DNA of 64,000 bases from a bacterium (GCA_965205865.1 CBDBHR010000029.1:480001-544000), one strand, 5' to 3'. Positions 10,401 through 21,661 are shown, counted from the stretch's first letter. A program made the numbers and translations. Notes: generated from the letters alone by a model not told the origin.

Positions 10401-10989
10401 CAAACGACTGCGGTTCCAGTTCGGCAAGATAGGGAATGTTATCAGCAGCGATCGTACTGAAGTCGGCTTGGCGGATCATGTCTGCTATCATTCCATCCAA
10501 TCCCAATTCCTTGCCATCGTCCGAAGAATATAAACGGGAGACGCCATAATCCATCAGGGCTTCGGCTTCTTGTGGAATGATCACGCCTCCACCTCCACCA
10601 AAAACCTTGATATGCGCCGCGCCCTTTTCTTTGAGCAAGTCAATCATGTATTGGAAAAACTCAGTGTGTCCTCCTTGATAGGAGCTGACTGCGATTGCCT
10701 GAACATCTTCCTGGATGGCGACATTCACGATTTCTTGCACACCCCGATTGTGCCCCAGATGAATCACCTCCACTCCGCTTCTTTGCAGAAGACGACGCAT
10801 GATATTGATAGAGGCATCGTGGCCATCAAACAAACTGGTTGCCGTGAGGAATCGGATCGGATGTTTCAGTTTATTGGGGATTTTCCAGAGATTTTCCTTG
10901 TTTGTACGGGTACTCTTCGAGTTTTCTGGATGTCTTATAAAACCGGAACGTTTTTTATCTCTGGTTTGCTCGTCATAGTTGGAATACAT
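7487..10989 (-). CDS. icmF: Fused isobutyryl-CoA mutase/GTPase IcmF, split by a 1-bp frameshift near 8017
   Basis: B12-binding FDGHDASIN, MeaB P-loop GTGGAGKS, mutase QADILKE and [10 protein letters not shown]-terminal GGQYRRNM; adding one G to CGGCCCTG restores [15 protein letters not shown]. Confidence 0.9.
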
Positions 10990-11032
10990 TTTCAGTCACC
11001 AAATTCCAGTCTGCTCTCAAAAAATGATGGTT

Positions 11033-11347
11033 TTATTTCAAATAATCGCTCATAGATGCGCCCGTCCGAGTCGTTTGTGGGTCGACGACGCGGGCAGCCG
11101 GGCCTTTCATCATATATTTTTCCCAGAGGGTGACCAATAAATAATAACCGAACAATCCACCCGTTACCAACATTGCAGCTCCCAATAGGCTGGAATCCTG
11201 CCCGAAATCAAAAACAATCAGGACTGCAGGAAAAAATCCTCCCAGGGGGTAGGTTTGGGCGTCCTCGGTACTGGTGAGAAACACCATAATCTTTGCGCAG
11301 ACAATACCCGCGATTGCGCCTATGAGAAAGATACCAACATATACCAT
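11033..11347 (-). CDS. Hypothetical membrane protein
   Basis: 104 aa with 3 hydrophobic segments; AGGAG RBS. Confidence 0.65.
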   Translation of the reverse strand: MVYVGIFLIGAIAGIVCAKIMVFLTSTEDAQTYPLGGFFPAVLIVFDFGQDSSLLGAAMLVTGGLFGYYLLVTLWEKYMMKGPAARVVDPQTTRTGASMSDYLK

Positions 11348-11584
11348 TGCTTTGATCTCCTAAAATACGTTTAAATTCATATGACTCTTTTTTCTCGAGA
11401 GATGAGAAGAAAGACGAAAAGTCGCTTCTCTTTTGACACAGCATGCGCGTTTCGACAAGTCATATATGCAGCGGATTTGACTTTTCCTCTCAAAGGAAGG
11501 CGTGTAGCATAAAAAATCGCAGAACTTTATAAGCAATGCCTTTCCTCCTTCAATCCATCAGATTGTTCCCATCCTGAGAGTGGG

Positions 11585-12505
11585 ATGCAAAGCATAAAAT
11601 CTCTAAAAAAAAACCCGCGCCCCAGTCCAATCAATTGGTATCCGGGGCACATGCTACGGGCTAAAAAGCAGTTGATTCGACGTTTAAAACAAGTCGACGT
11701 GGTCTTGGAATTGCGCGATGCTCGTATTCCAATTGCTTCCATCAACCCGGATTTTGAATCCATTCTCCAGCAAAAAAAACGGATTGTCTTGCTCAATAAA
11801 TCGGGATTGGCCGATGCGGCAATCTCCCGGCAGTGGCGGACTTATTTCACGCAAAACCAGCTTGCCTGTCATTTCGTGGATGTCAAGCAAAACCAAGGCG
11901 TGCAGCAAATCCTCCCTTTGACCGGGGCGATGATGGCAGAAAAATGGCAGCGTTTTCAAAGAAAGGGCATCCGTCCCCCCACCCTGAAACTGATGGTGGT
12001 TGGCATTCCCAACGTGGGAAAATCGAGTTTGATCAATAAATTGGTCAAACGTCATGCGGCCGCCACCGGTCCTCATCCGGGAGTGACGCAGCATGAAGAA
12101 TGGATCAAACTGGGAAAAGATACCGAATTGCTGGACACGCCAGGCATCCTCTGGCCACGCTTGGATCACCCGGAAACCGCCATGGCCATCGCCGTAACAG
12201 GCGCAGTGAAGGATCGAATTGTCGGAGAAGAGCGCTTGTGCCACTATTTGATTCGTTTTTATTTGCAACACTATCCCAAAGCTCTGTCAGAACATTATCA
12301 ACTGGAGCGCGGGGAAGCCAATCCTGAAAAAATTCTGACCGCCATTGCTCAAAAACGTGGCTGTTTGAAAACCAAAGGCGAAATCGACCAACCCCGTGTC
12401 GCCCGACTACTCCTTCGTGATTTTCGTATGGGAAAATTGGGAAGAATGTCTTTTGAAAAACCTCCAAATCCTGTCACAGATGGTAGTTTAAAGCGGACCC
12501 TTTGA
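11585..12505 (+). CDS. rbgA: Ribosome biogenesis GTPase RbgA/YlqF
   Basis: INWYPGHM, DARIP, GIPNVGKSSLIN, LLDTPGILWP. Confidence 0.95.
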   Translation: MQSIKSLKKNPRPSPINWYPGHMLRAKKQLIRRLKQVDVVLELRDARIPIASINPDFESILQQKKRIVLLNKSGLADAAISRQWRTYFTQNQLACHFVDVKQNQGVQQILPLTGAMMAEKWQRFQRKGIRPPTLKLMVVGIPNVGKSSLINKLVKRHAAATGPHPGVTQHEEWIKLGKDTELLDTPGILWPRLDHPETAMAIAVTGAVKDRIVGEERLCHYLIRFYLQHYPKALSEHYQLERGEANPEKILTAIAQKRGCLKTKGEIDQPRVARLLLRDFRMGKLGRMSFEKPPNPVTDGSLKRTL

Positions 12506-12538
12506 AAAGAGCTGGTATTTTTACAATTTTTTGCGCAT

Positions 12539-13478
12539 TTACCCGTTGAAAGGGTTGATCAGTCTGGCGAGCAATCCCCGTTTGCGTTTCACTGTTGCGC
12601 CGTAACTGCCCTGCCCGCCCCGTTGCCGGGGGTCGAGCAAGTCTCTGACGGCATCGCCGAACATGTTGAGAGAGTAGACGACAATCGTCAGGAAAAGCCC
12701 CGGCCAGAGCGCCAGCCAGGGTCCTGACTCCATGTATTGCCGCCCTTCCCGGCTGAGCATCCCACCCCAGCTGGGAATACCGGGGGGCAGTCCGAATCCG
12801 AGGAAGCTCAACGCCGCCTCGGAGAGGATGACCGCTCCGATGTTGATGCTGAAGATGATAATGACGACAGGCGCAATATTGGGCAGGACATGGCGGATCA
12901 GGATTCGGTGCGTGGGGGTGCCCACGGCCCTGGCGGCCAGAAAATAGTCATTCTCTTTAATGCCGATCACGGCGCCTCGCACGACTCGGAAGCCGCCGAT
13001 GCCTCCGGTGATCCCCAGCACCACGATGATCTGGAGGAGGCCCTGTCCTACGATAGACATGATGGTTAACAAGAGCAGCAGCCCCGGAAAGGCCATCCAG
13101 GCATCGACAAAGCGCTGTACCGCCAGGTCCACTTTACCACCGATAAATCCGGAAATGATGCCGATCAGGGCAGCGACCACCACATTAATCGTGGTCGCGG
13201 CCAGACCGACCAGTAACGAAATACGAGCCCCGTAGATCAGGCGGCTCAACAAGTCTCGCCCCAGGTGGTCGGTCCCCAGCGGATACTGGGCTGACGAGCC
13301 CTTCAACCGGTCTAACAGGTGCATTTTATAATGGTCATAAGGCCCCAGAACGTCGGCGAAGATCGCCATAAAAAATCAAGAGCAAGACGATCATCCCGCA
13401 AAGAACCCCCACGGGCTTCTCCTTGACCAGCCTGATCAAGAAATCCGCAAACCGGCCTCGTCGCTTGGGCTCACTCAT
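12539..13478 (-). CDS. dppC: DppC/OppC-like permease, +1 frameshift in a T-run near 13372
   Basis: Paralog of 4599-5540; 5' part MSEPKRRGRFADFLIRLVKEKP lies in another frame. Confidence 0.85.
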
Positions 13479-14433
13479 ACCGCACCCTCGGGTCCAAATA
13501 CGCATAAAGCAGATCGATCAGGAGATTGATCCCCAACACCACGGTGGCAAAAAACAGGTTGACTCCGGAGACCATCGGGTAGTCTCGGTCAGTGAGGGCA
13601 CTCAGCAAGAGACGACCTAAGCCCGGCAGGTTGAAGATGTTTTCCATGATGACGGAGCCGCCAACCAGGATCGGCAACTGCAGGCCGATCAGGGACACGA
13701 TCGGGATGAGGGCATTATTGATGGTGTGCCGGATTATGACGACCCGCTCCCGGAGCCTCTTGGACCAGGCGGTGCGGATATAGTCCTGCCGCAGCACCTC
13801 CAGCATCATGGTGCGCGTCAACCTCATGATGGCGGCAGACGAGGCTGTCCCCAGAATAAGGCTGGGAATGAAGAACATGCAGAGATTGCCCAGCGGGTCT
13901 TCGGAGAAAGGAATCACCTCCATCGAGGGCGACCAGCCCCACCAAATGGCCGGATAGACCATGACCATGATTCCCAGCCAGAAGTTCGGCATGGCCAGGC
14001 CGAGGATGGCGATGGAGCGCCCTGCGTAGTCGGCAGCCGTATCCTGTCGAATCGCCGAGTAGATACCCACCGGCAGGGTGATCACCAACCCGATGACGAT
14101 GGCCAGGAGGCCAAGCTCAAGGGTGACGGGGAGTCTGTTGATTATCTGCTCCTCTACCGCCCCTCGACCCATCAGGGATTCGCCAAGGCTGCCGTGCCGG
14201 AAAATATCTCCTATCCAGCGTGCATACTGGACGTAGCCAGGCACATCCAGTCCCAGCTGACGCTCGAGCGCTTCACGGTCAATCGTCCCCACCGTTGATA
14301 TATTTACCATCTGCCCCAGTATTGCGTCTATGACATCCCCAGAGAGGAAGCGCACCGAGAGAAAGACCAGGATGGTCAAAAGAAACAGGGTGGGGATGAT
14401 CAGCAATAACCGCCGGATGATATAGGCTCTCAT
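13471..14433 (-). CDS. dppB: DppB/OppB-like permease
   Basis: Paralog of 3650-4606. Confidence 0.92.
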   Translation of the reverse strand: MRAYIIRRLLLIIPTLFLLTILVFLSVRFLSGDVIDAILGQMVNISTVGTIDREALERQLGLDVPGYVQYARWIGDIFRHGSLGESLMGRGAVEEQIINRLPVTLELGLLAIVIGLVITLPVGIYSAIRQDTAADYAGRSIAILGLAMPNFWLGIMVMVYPAIWWGWSPSMEVIPFSEDPLGNLCMFFIPSLILGTASSAAIMRLTRTMMLEVLRQDYIRTAWSKRLRERVVIIRHTINNALIPIVSLIGLQLPILVGGSVIMENIFNLPGLGRLLLSALTDRDYPMVSGVNLFFATVVLGINLLIDLLYAYLDPRVRYE

Positions 14434-14442
14434 GGAAAGCCC

Positions 14443-16251
14443 CTACTGCCCCATTTCTTTCTTCAGCGCTGAGTCAATCCACATGCGGGAGTACTGGAGC
14501 CAATATTGACCGCTTCCCAGGTTCAGTTCACCGCTATACCCGATGACCCACGGCTGCTCCAGGTAAAAATCTGGGGCCATACCACCCCATATGTTCCAGA
14601 AATTCTCAACTGAATACATGTCCATCTCCCTGGCAAGTGCCTCGAACTCCCCGCGGGAGGCAGCCTTATCGGCGGCTTCAACCTTGGCGTCATACCACGG
14701 GTCTTGTGTGTTGGCGGAGTTCCATGTGTACCCCGAGTAAAAGGCGTTGTATTGAATGGCGAGTACTGCCGTTGTAGTCAAGATCATTTCGTAATCCCTG
14801 GCAGCATGGATAGGAGTCCATTCGGCACCGGAAGCAAGTACCTCAATCTCTACATCAACGCCAATTTCACGCCAGAACCCAGAGGCTAATTCCGCATGAC
14901 CCACCGGTATGGAAGGGTGGATTATCGACCCGCTTTTGAATCGAATACCATCCGGGCCGCGAGGATATCCGGCTTCATCCAGCAACGCCTCTGCCCCTTC
15001 CGGGTCATAGGTAAAGACTTCCTTGACCTCATCGGGCCACTCTGCAAATGGAACGTATTGCCGCGGCATCCGAGTTTTCCCAAAAGGTGTCATTAGTCCG
15101 TAACCCCTAAAGAAAGTAGAGCCAGCTGTTTCAAGGTCCAGTGCCATCTGCAATGCTTTGCGCACCCTGATGTCGTCAAAGGGCTTCTTTTGAACGTTCA
15201 TACCATACGATCCAGCCGACCGGAACGGCACCCCCGTAATCACATTGATTTCGGGGTTGGTCTGCTGAAGGCTGATTACCTGGTCAATTGCACTCATCTT
15301 ATGGCTAATATCAACCTTACGGGTGCGTATCGCCGAGATCAACGTCGTCACTTCTGGCATCATCAGGGCCCTTAATTCGTCAATATAGGGTAAGCGGTTC
15401 TCCGGGTATTTTTCGTCGGTGCCCCAGTAGTCGGGATTCTTGGTCCAGGTTGCCGAGGATTCCGCGACCACGTCAGTCAGCTCAAAAGGTCCGGTACCGA
15501 CCAAGACCTTCCAATCCTTAGCATCGCCGTGCTGCTTGATGACCTCGGGAGGGTACAAATAAGCGGTTTCGTCGTCGACGAGACCCTGCAGCGCCCCAAT
15601 GTTCGGCTCCTTTAGTTTAAAGACAACCGTGTATTTGTCTCTAGCCGTTACCGATTCGACTTTGATCGGAGCAAGTTGAGACGTCAGCTGGGGGCTTGCT
15701 TCGGTGAAGCCGCTGCCCAGACCCAGCATACGGTGATAGTTAAATACCATGTCATCCGCGGTAAATTCTCGACCGGACATCGGCGCCTTGTCATGCCAGT
15801 GCACGCCCTTGCGGAGGTGGAAGATAATGGTGAGGGGGTCCGCTTGTACCCACTGTTCCACCAGTGACCCTTTTAGGAAATCTATCGGTGGCCAGGACAT
15901 ATGAAACGGATACGTGTCTCTATTGATTCCCCAGTCCGCGACAGCCGGCTTATCCAGCACGGCAAAGACCAACTGGGACGCCGACCTGCCACCGGCCAAA
16001 GTGTCCGTATTCGCTGGCCACTGCCTCTTAGTGAAGGTCAGGCTCCCGCCATATTTCGGCGCGACTACCATTTTACCAGTAGTCGGGTCTTTGACCATCT
16101 TTTTATCAGCCCCGACGGCCGGACTGACCCAAAAGGCGGCCACCATCAGGGTGAGGGTGAGCAACAAGGATTGCATTTTTGCAGCAGACCAGAAGCCTGC
16201 CGGGTTCAGCTCCACGAGGGAGGCAACAAGTTTCATTTTTTGCGGTTGCAT
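14443..16251 (-). CDS. Family 5 ABC solute-binding protein
   Basis: PKYGGSL, VGTGPF, PFDDIRVRKALQMALD motifs. Confidence 0.92.
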   Translation of the reverse strand: MQPQKMKLVASLVELNPAGFWSAAKMQSLLLTLTLMVAAFWVSPAVGADKKMVKDPTTGKMVVAPKYGGSLTFTKRQWPANTDTLAGGRSASQLVFAVLDKPAVADWGINRDTYPFHMSWPPIDFLKGSLVEQWVQADPLTIIFHLRKGVHWHDKAPMSGREFTADDMVFNYHRMLGLGSGFTEASPQLTSQLAPIKVESVTARDKYTVVFKLKEPNIGALQGLVDDETAYLYPPEVIKQHGDAKDWKVLVGTGPFELTDVVAESSATWTKNPDYWGTDEKYPENRLPYIDELRALMMPEVTTLISAIRTRKVDISHKMSAIDQVISLQQTNPEINVITGVPFRSAGSYGMNVQKKPFDDIRVRKALQMALDLETAGSTFFRGYGLMTPFGKTRMPRQYVPFAEWPDEVKEVFTYDPEGAEALLDEAGYPRGPDGIRFKSGSIIHPSIPVGHAELASGFWREIGVDVEIEVLASGAEWTPIHAARDYEMILTTTAVLAIQYNAFYSGYTWNSANTQDPWYDAKVEAADKAASRGEFEALAREMDMYSVENFWNIWGGMAPDFYLEQPWVIGYSGELNLGSGQYWLQYSRMWIDSALKKEMGQ

Positions 16252-16273
16252 AACATTACTCCATATTACAGAT

Positions 16274-16343
16274 TGTAACTATTCAGGTCTCTGAAAAACC
16301 CGTTTAGTTAAATATCATTAAAAAAGATTCCCGGGGAAGATCC
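16274..16343 (-). promoter_or_regulatory. Conserved upstream element of SBP genes
   Basis: Near-identical to 52728-52797, at the same position relative to the SBP start. Confidence 0.65.
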
Positions 16344-16474
16344 GCTCCTTTATGATATGGATAAAGCGGAAGGAGTTATTGGGGAACAAATACGGAAGAT
16401 TAAGACAATTCTTTAATTTGCAAGAACGCTGCTTGCATATTGATCTTTTCCGTTAAGCAGAGTAGTCTGAGCGC

Positions 16475-17761
16475 TTGCTTCCCAATATTTCCCCGGAATC
16501 CGCATTGCCGCAGGGACGCGGTCTTTTTTCAAAGGGACTTGATAATTTGAATACAGCTTCCAATAAAATCCGCTTACCCTTTGGGGAATTTGTCGTCTTG
16601 ATGGCGATGATGTCGTCCTTGGTCGCGCTTTCGATTGACGCGATGCTGCCGGCATTGACGCAAATCGGCCAGGATCTTGGTGTTACGCAAAGCAACGACA
16701 CTCAATTGATTATTTCTATGGTATTTCTGGGGATGGCCATAGGGCAGATCCTCTATGGTCCTTTATCGGACAGTACAGGCCGTAAGTTACCGATTTATGT
16801 CGGTTTCAGTCTGTTTATTCTCGGTTGCCTGCTCTCTTCATTTGCCACTAATTTTTCATTCATGTTGATCGGGCGGCTTCTTCAAGGGATTGGGGCGGCC
16901 GGACCCCGCACCGTGTCGATTGTTTTGATCCGCGACGTATACTCCGGCAATGCCATGGCCCGGGTGATGTCCTTTGTGATGATGATTTTTATCCTCGTGC
17001 CGGTATTTGCCCCCGCAATCGGACAAGGCATTCTCCTTATTTTCCACTGGCGGGCAATTTTTGGTCTCTTTTCAGCCTTGGCGCTCACCAGTGGTCTTTG
17101 GTTTGCGATCCGGCAACCGGAGACGTTGCCTGCGGAGCAGCGCCAATCCTTTTCCATCAGGCGGATAATGAAAGCCATTGCTGAGGTTTGCCGCAATCGT
17201 GTTTCATTGGGCTATACCATTGCTGCCGGATTGATTGCCGGGGCATTTGTAGGCTATTTGAGTTCCTCACAGCAAATTTTACAGATCCAATATGAGTTGG
17301 GGACGAAATTTCCCCTTTATTTTGGCGTACTTGCCTTTGCGGTTGGAGTGGCTTTATTTTTGAATGGGCGGATGGTGATGCGCTACGGTATGCAGATTCT
17401 GTCTACAGGAGCCGTACTGGTTTTCAGTGGCAGTTCCATCATTTATTTTCTGTATGCATTGACCCACGCAGGGCACCCTCCTTTGTGGACGTTGATGGTT
17501 TTTGGCATGATTGTTTTTTTCTGTGTTGGCATGTTATTTGGGAATTTCAATGCTATGGCCATGGAACCCCTCGGTCACATTGCCGGAGTGGGAGCGGCGG
17601 TGGTGGGGTCGTTGACATTGTTCATTGCAGTCCCTTTGGGGGTATTGATCAGTCAGAACTACAACCAAACCGTTTTGCCCTTGGTGGGTGGCTTCGCATT
17701 ATTGGGCATGCTTTCCTCGATTGCAATTTATTGGGCAAAACAGGGACAGAAGAAAATCTGA
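16475..17761 (+). CDS. Bcr/CflA-family MFS drug efflux transporter
   Basis: ALSIDAMLPAL, GPLSDSTGRK, RLLQGIGAAG, WRAIF, PETL; true start uncertain. Confidence 0.9.
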   Translation: MLPNISPESALPQGRGLFSKGLDNLNTASNKIRLPFGEFVVLMAMMSSLVALSIDAMLPALTQIGQDLGVTQSNDTQLIISMVFLGMAIGQILYGPLSDSTGRKLPIYVGFSLFILGCLLSSFATNFSFMLIGRLLQGIGAAGPRTVSIVLIRDVYSGNAMARVMSFVMMIFILVPVFAPAIGQGILLIFHWRAIFGLFSALALTSGLWFAIRQPETLPAEQRQSFSIRRIMKAIAEVCRNRVSLGYTIAAGLIAGAFVGYLSSSQQILQIQYELGTKFPLYFGVLAFAVGVALFLNGRMVMRYGMQILSTGAVLVFSGSSIIYFLYALTHAGHPPLWTLMVFGMIVFFCVGMLFGNFNAMAMEPLGHIAGVGAAVVGSLTLFIAVPLGVLISQNYNQTVLPLVGGFALLGMLSSIAIYWAKQGQKKI

Positions 17762-17861
17762 CATTGCCCCTGCGGGAGTCATAACTCCGGAGTCCGGAAT
17801 ATATCGATAGAGAGGACGTCCCGGCCTTTTATGAGGGCGAGACCTCACACTACCGGCAGTC

Positions 17862-18419
17862 CTATATTTCTTCAAATAGCTCGAGTAACTTAAAGACGCT
17901 GCTGTGGTTTCTCACGGTTATTTGCCGGTAAACCGCTGATGCCGGCAACTTCATCATGGTAGCCCGCGTCAATTGTTGCTTGGATACCGACCAAAATACC
18001 ACACCAGGGCCTGCAGTTGCGAATTCAATTTCTTTCTTGAGCAGAGGCAGTTTTGCCAACACTGCTTCTGCAGTGATCTCCTCGAGCGTAAAGAGAGCAT
18101 TGTGTCTGAATGCGTCGTTCTTTCCCCAATCATCGGGCGCTGCTTGAAGAGCGGATTTATATTGATCAATTGAGAGGACTACGGCACGGGCGTCATACGA
18201 AAAGCGATGGGAAAGGTCTTTCTCAATCATCTTAGTCAGTTTTTTTACATCCCGTGTCTTGCTTCGAAAGAGGATATTGCCACTTTGAATGTAAGTGCGC
18301 ACGTTGGTGAAGCCAAGGTCCTCGAAAGTTTTGCGCAATTTTTCTTTTGGAATGAGATTGTTGCCGCCAACATTGACGCCGCGCAAAAGAGCCAGAAATT
18401 TCGACCGATCATTTCTCAT
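17862..18419 (-). CDS. DUF1697-family protein
   Basis: ALLRGVNVGG, VRTYIQSGN, TVRN motifs. Confidence 0.9.
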   Translation of the reverse strand: MRNDRSKFLALLRGVNVGGNNLIPKEKLRKTFEDLGFTNVRTYIQSGNILFRSKTRDVKKLTKMIEKDLSHRFSYDARAVVLSIDQYKSALQAAPDDWGKNDAFRHNALFTLEEITAEAVLAKLPLLKKEIEFATAGPGVVFWSVSKQQLTRATMMKLPASAVYRQITVRNHSSVFKLLELFEEI

Positions 18420-18481
18420 GGTGCCAGATGATTACAGAAATTGTTCATCGTTGCAGGAGTCTCTCTGAAACGCAACTCAGG

Positions 18482-21172
18482 TTATATTGTCGCATCTTTG
18501 TATGCCTTGAATCCATCAAGCAGTTGCAGAAATGTCTTCGGTGAATACTTCTGAAAGCCTTCTTCGTCAACATAAACGAAATCATACGAAACAGCAGACC
18601 GGGTTTTGTTGATATCCTCGCACCACTGTCGCAGTCGCTGCATCTTCGGTGATACATGCAGGTCTACTTGTCCTTTGGTCTCGGCGACAATGACGTGTCC
18701 ATCATTCAGTTTCACCAGAAAATCCGGGTAATAATTGGCGATTTCGCCATCGGCATTGACATAGTCGAGTGTGAAATGCACGGCCAGGTAATTTTTCGCG
18801 TAGGACACGACGTCGGGGCAGTTTTCCAGAAATCCGGCGAATTCCAGTTCAAATCGACTATCTCCAATGATTTTGTTGAATACGGATTTTTTAGGAATCA
18901 AATAGGCCTGGTCTTTGACCACGAAAGGCCGCGTGTGCCGTATTAGGATGGTGTCACTGATCTGCGCGTTGCCCTTGTCATGAACCGTGAGCGCGTTGAT
19001 AGCGTTTTTGAAGGATTGGATTACGGTTTTTGTGGCAACAGGTTCCGACAGATTGCGTAAGGTATTGGCTGAATTCAACTCCACCGTTCTGCCGAACAGT
19101 TTGTTCTGCGCAAAATCTTTCACCTTCCCGTAGAGCACGTCATAACCGCTAACCAGTCGCAGTTCATTCATGAGGGTGCGGGCAAAATAACCGATCACGC
19201 CGCGATAATCCGCGACACCGGCACCATCCAATTGCGTGGTGTGGGTAATCGCACCCGTCGTGATGTCTCTGAAAACGATCTCCCGTTGCTCCTCTTCACT
19301 GAATTGTTGATACGGCACGAACACAAAATCCAATCGGGCAACGTTCAGCTTCGCCAAATTCCCGTACTCCCGGTAAATGCGCCGCGTAAGTACGGGAATG
19401 GCAATGTCCAGCGCATCGATATCCTTTCGGGGATTGTCTTCGTCCACTTCAACCACGAGCGGCGTTTTGGGCTTGGTGTCCGCACCCATGGCCTGACGCT
19501 TCAATTCCACGCCTTCCGCTTGAATTGACTCGACGAATTCCATAAAGGCGTCGGTGCCGATGACGCTGACCGCTTCATCCTCCGTGTCGGGGTACATCTT
19601 GCGAAGCCCGCGCCCCAAGGTCTGTTCGGGTAAAATGTTACTCTTGGCGGAATAGGCTCGTAGTCCCACAATGGTAGTGACGTTCCTGACGTCCCAACCT
19701 TCCTTGAGCACCAGCACCGAAACAATGGCCTTGTACGGGCTTTCTTGCGAATCGATGGTATTCGCCAGTTTACGAAGTTGTTCGAGTTCTTCTTTCTTCT
19801 TTCCGGACGTTACTTCGGAGATTTCGCCATTTTGTTTGGTGTGAATCACCAGCACGGCGTTTTTCAGATCGGGATAGCGGTTTTCGAGATAGTCTGCCAC
19901 GTCATCGCAGTTCCGGGTGTCATCGGTCATCACGAACAGAATGGCTTTCCGGCCCATCTTTTCATGTTCCGCATACGCCTTACGCCATTCGACGACGCCG
20001 AGTTCGAGGTAGTCTGCGTATTTCTCGGTATACTTCGCGCTTTGCCGCTCGGTGAGTTTGGCTCGGCTGGGAGCATCGGGAAGTACCGGATGCTTGACCA
20101 CGTTTTGCGAGATCGCTTCCACGAGGGGGTAGTCCGCCACCGTCTGTACGAAAATCGCTCCGTTGTTGTGCCGGGGGGTTGCGGTTACGTCCACTTGCAA
20201 GGCCAGTGCGCTCTCTTTCTGTAACAAGCGGTTGTGAATGTCTTCGATGGACTTGAACCAAGCCAGCTTCGAATCGTGGAGATGGTGCGCTTCGTCGTTC
20301 AACACCATCAGTTCATCGACGTCGCGCACGATCATCCCCAGGTCCACCCGAGAATCCGTGGTTGCGCCCACAGGTCGTTTACCCAGGAAGTATTCCATGC
20401 TGTTTTCGTCATCGGGTGATGGCAAGGAGTCGTCACTGGAATAGACGCGGTGGATGTTACTCAGAAAAATATTGCCGGTGGCTCGCGTGACGCGCACCTC
20501 GTCCTGCAAGTGCAGGGTCAGTTGAAAATCGTCACGCCAATTGCGAGCCTGGTAGCCGTTTTCGGGAAGCACCGGGTCGTGAAAGAAGACCCGCAATCCT
20601 TGAAAATCCCGGAAGATACGGTCCAGCACGATGATATTGGGAGCAATGACCAGGAAATTACGTGAGAGCTCGGAGCTTTGTTCGTACAGTTTATGGAAGA
20701 AACTCCAGGCAATCACCAGGCTCATCACTTTTGTTTTTCCCGTACCCGTCGCCAGTTTCACCACGAAGCGTCGCCAGCTTTCGTCGAACATTCCGGATGA
20801 AACAACACCGGAACTGTCAAAACGCATCAGGTCGAATTTGTCTTTCACTCCCACCACGTCGTGCAAGTAGATGATGGTTTCCAGTGCCTCGCGCTGGGCG
20901 AAGTAATACTGAAACTCCGCTATTCTGCCGTCAGCCTTTGGTAACAGGTGCCGTTCCTTGAACCACCAATTCAGCAGACTCTTGCTGGTATCGCTTGCCC
21001 CCAGGTAGCCGCTCTCCCGGAATTCCTTCACCTTGCGCCGAAGCTGCGCCACCAGAGGAGGCATCAGCTTGTCCATGTTGGTGTTACCCAAGGCCTCGCC
21101 GGCCGGGAACCAGCGGATATCCGGGTTGAGTATCTTGTGAGGAGACTTGGGGAAATCAGGATGAAGTGCCAT
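18482..21172 (-). CDS. res: Type III restriction enzyme Res subunit
   Basis: Walker A ATGTGKT, DEAHH, LKEGWDV, EQTLGRGLR; C-terminal PD-(D/E)xK YYPDF...AETKG. Confidence 0.92.
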   Translation of the reverse strand: MALHPDFPKSPHKILNPDIRWFPAGEALGNTNMDKLMPPLVAQLRRKVKEFRESGYLGASDTSKSLLNWWFKERHLLPKADGRIAEFQYYFAQREALETIIYLHDVVGVKDKFDLMRFDSSGVVSSGMFDESWRRFVVKLATGTGKTKVMSLVIAWSFFHKLYEQSSELSRNFLVIAPNIIVLDRIFRDFQGLRVFFHDPVLPENGYQARNWRDDFQLTLHLQDEVRVTRATGNIFLSNIHRVYSSDDSLPSPDDENSMEYFLGKRPVGATTDSRVDLGMIVRDVDELMVLNDEAHHLHDSKLAWFKSIEDIHNRLLQKESALALQVDVTATPRHNNGAIFVQTVADYPLVEAISQNVVKHPVLPDAPSRAKLTERQSAKYTEKYADYLELGVVEWRKAYAEHEKMGRKAILFVMTDDTRNCDDVADYLENRYPDLKNAVLVIHTKQNGEISEVTSGKKKEELEQLRKLANTIDSQESPYKAIVSVLVLKEGWDVRNVTTIVGLRAYSAKSNILPEQTLGRGLRKMYPDTEDEAVSVIGTDAFMEFVESIQAEGVELKRQAMGADTKPKTPLVVEVDEDNPRKDIDALDIAIPVLTRRIYREYGNLAKLNVARLDFVFVPYQQFSEEEQREIVFRDITTGAITHTTQLDGAGVADYRGVIGYFARTLMNELRLVSGYDVLYGKVKDFAQNKLFGRTVELNSANTLRNLSEPVATKTVIQSFKNAINALTVHDKGNAQISDTILIRHTRPFVVKDQAYLIPKKSVFNKIIGDSRFELEFAGFLENCPDVVSYAKNYLAVHFTLDYVNADGEIANYYPDFLVKLNDGHVIVAETKGQVDLHVSPKMQRLRQWCEDINKTRSAVSYDFVYVDEEGFQKYSPKTFLQLLDGFKAYKDATI

Positions 21173-21184
21173 AGATCATAGTGC

Positions 21185-21661
21185 TTAAAAACGCCATTTC
21201 TCAAGTTTCATGAATCCTTCGAGATCAACACAATCCACATCGAAGTGTTTACATACATTTGGAATTTGCGCTGCATTGGGTTTGTCTTTTTCGGTCGTTA
21301 CGACACAAGCATTTTCCAGGAATTTGGCCCGCGCAATAACAAATGGATCGGCGACCGGACGTCCTTGCAGCCGCTCCTTTTTGCGGATCATCATCTGGAA
21401 GTGAGGGACATTGAATATCTTCGTGACAATCGCTAGTTCTGCTGCAGTTGGCGTTATGAATACTTTTTCTCGATTCACCTTACACCAACTTGCCAAGGTG
21501 TCCTCGGCCGCCTTCAATTCGTTAAAGACTTCTCGCGTTGAAGTGATCCTACAGTCTTCAATCATCTCGTCAAAGTGTTTCCATAGCGAGGGAAATCGTT
21601 CGCGATAAAAGTGATTGAAAAGAATAATCAGCGGACCACTATCGAATACATAGACTGTCAC
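21185..21661 (-). CDS. PIN-domain protein, DUF4411-like
   Basis: YVFDSGPLI, EVFNEL, ADPFVIARA, VVTTE, IPNVCKHF; GTG start overlaps the upstream stop (GTGA). Confidence 0.88.
   Translation of the reverse strand: MTVYVFDSGPLIILFNHFYRERFPSLWKHFDEMIEDCRITSTREVFNELKAAEDTLASWCKVNREKVFITPTAAELAIVTKIFNVPHFQMMIRKKERLQGRPVADPFVIARAKFLENACVVTTEKDKPNAAQIPNVCKHFDVDCVDLEGFMKLEKWRF

Noticed and set aside
18475-18485. AACTCAGGTTA resembling a MITE end at the res stop
   Set aside because: Only about 11 bp match, which could be chance
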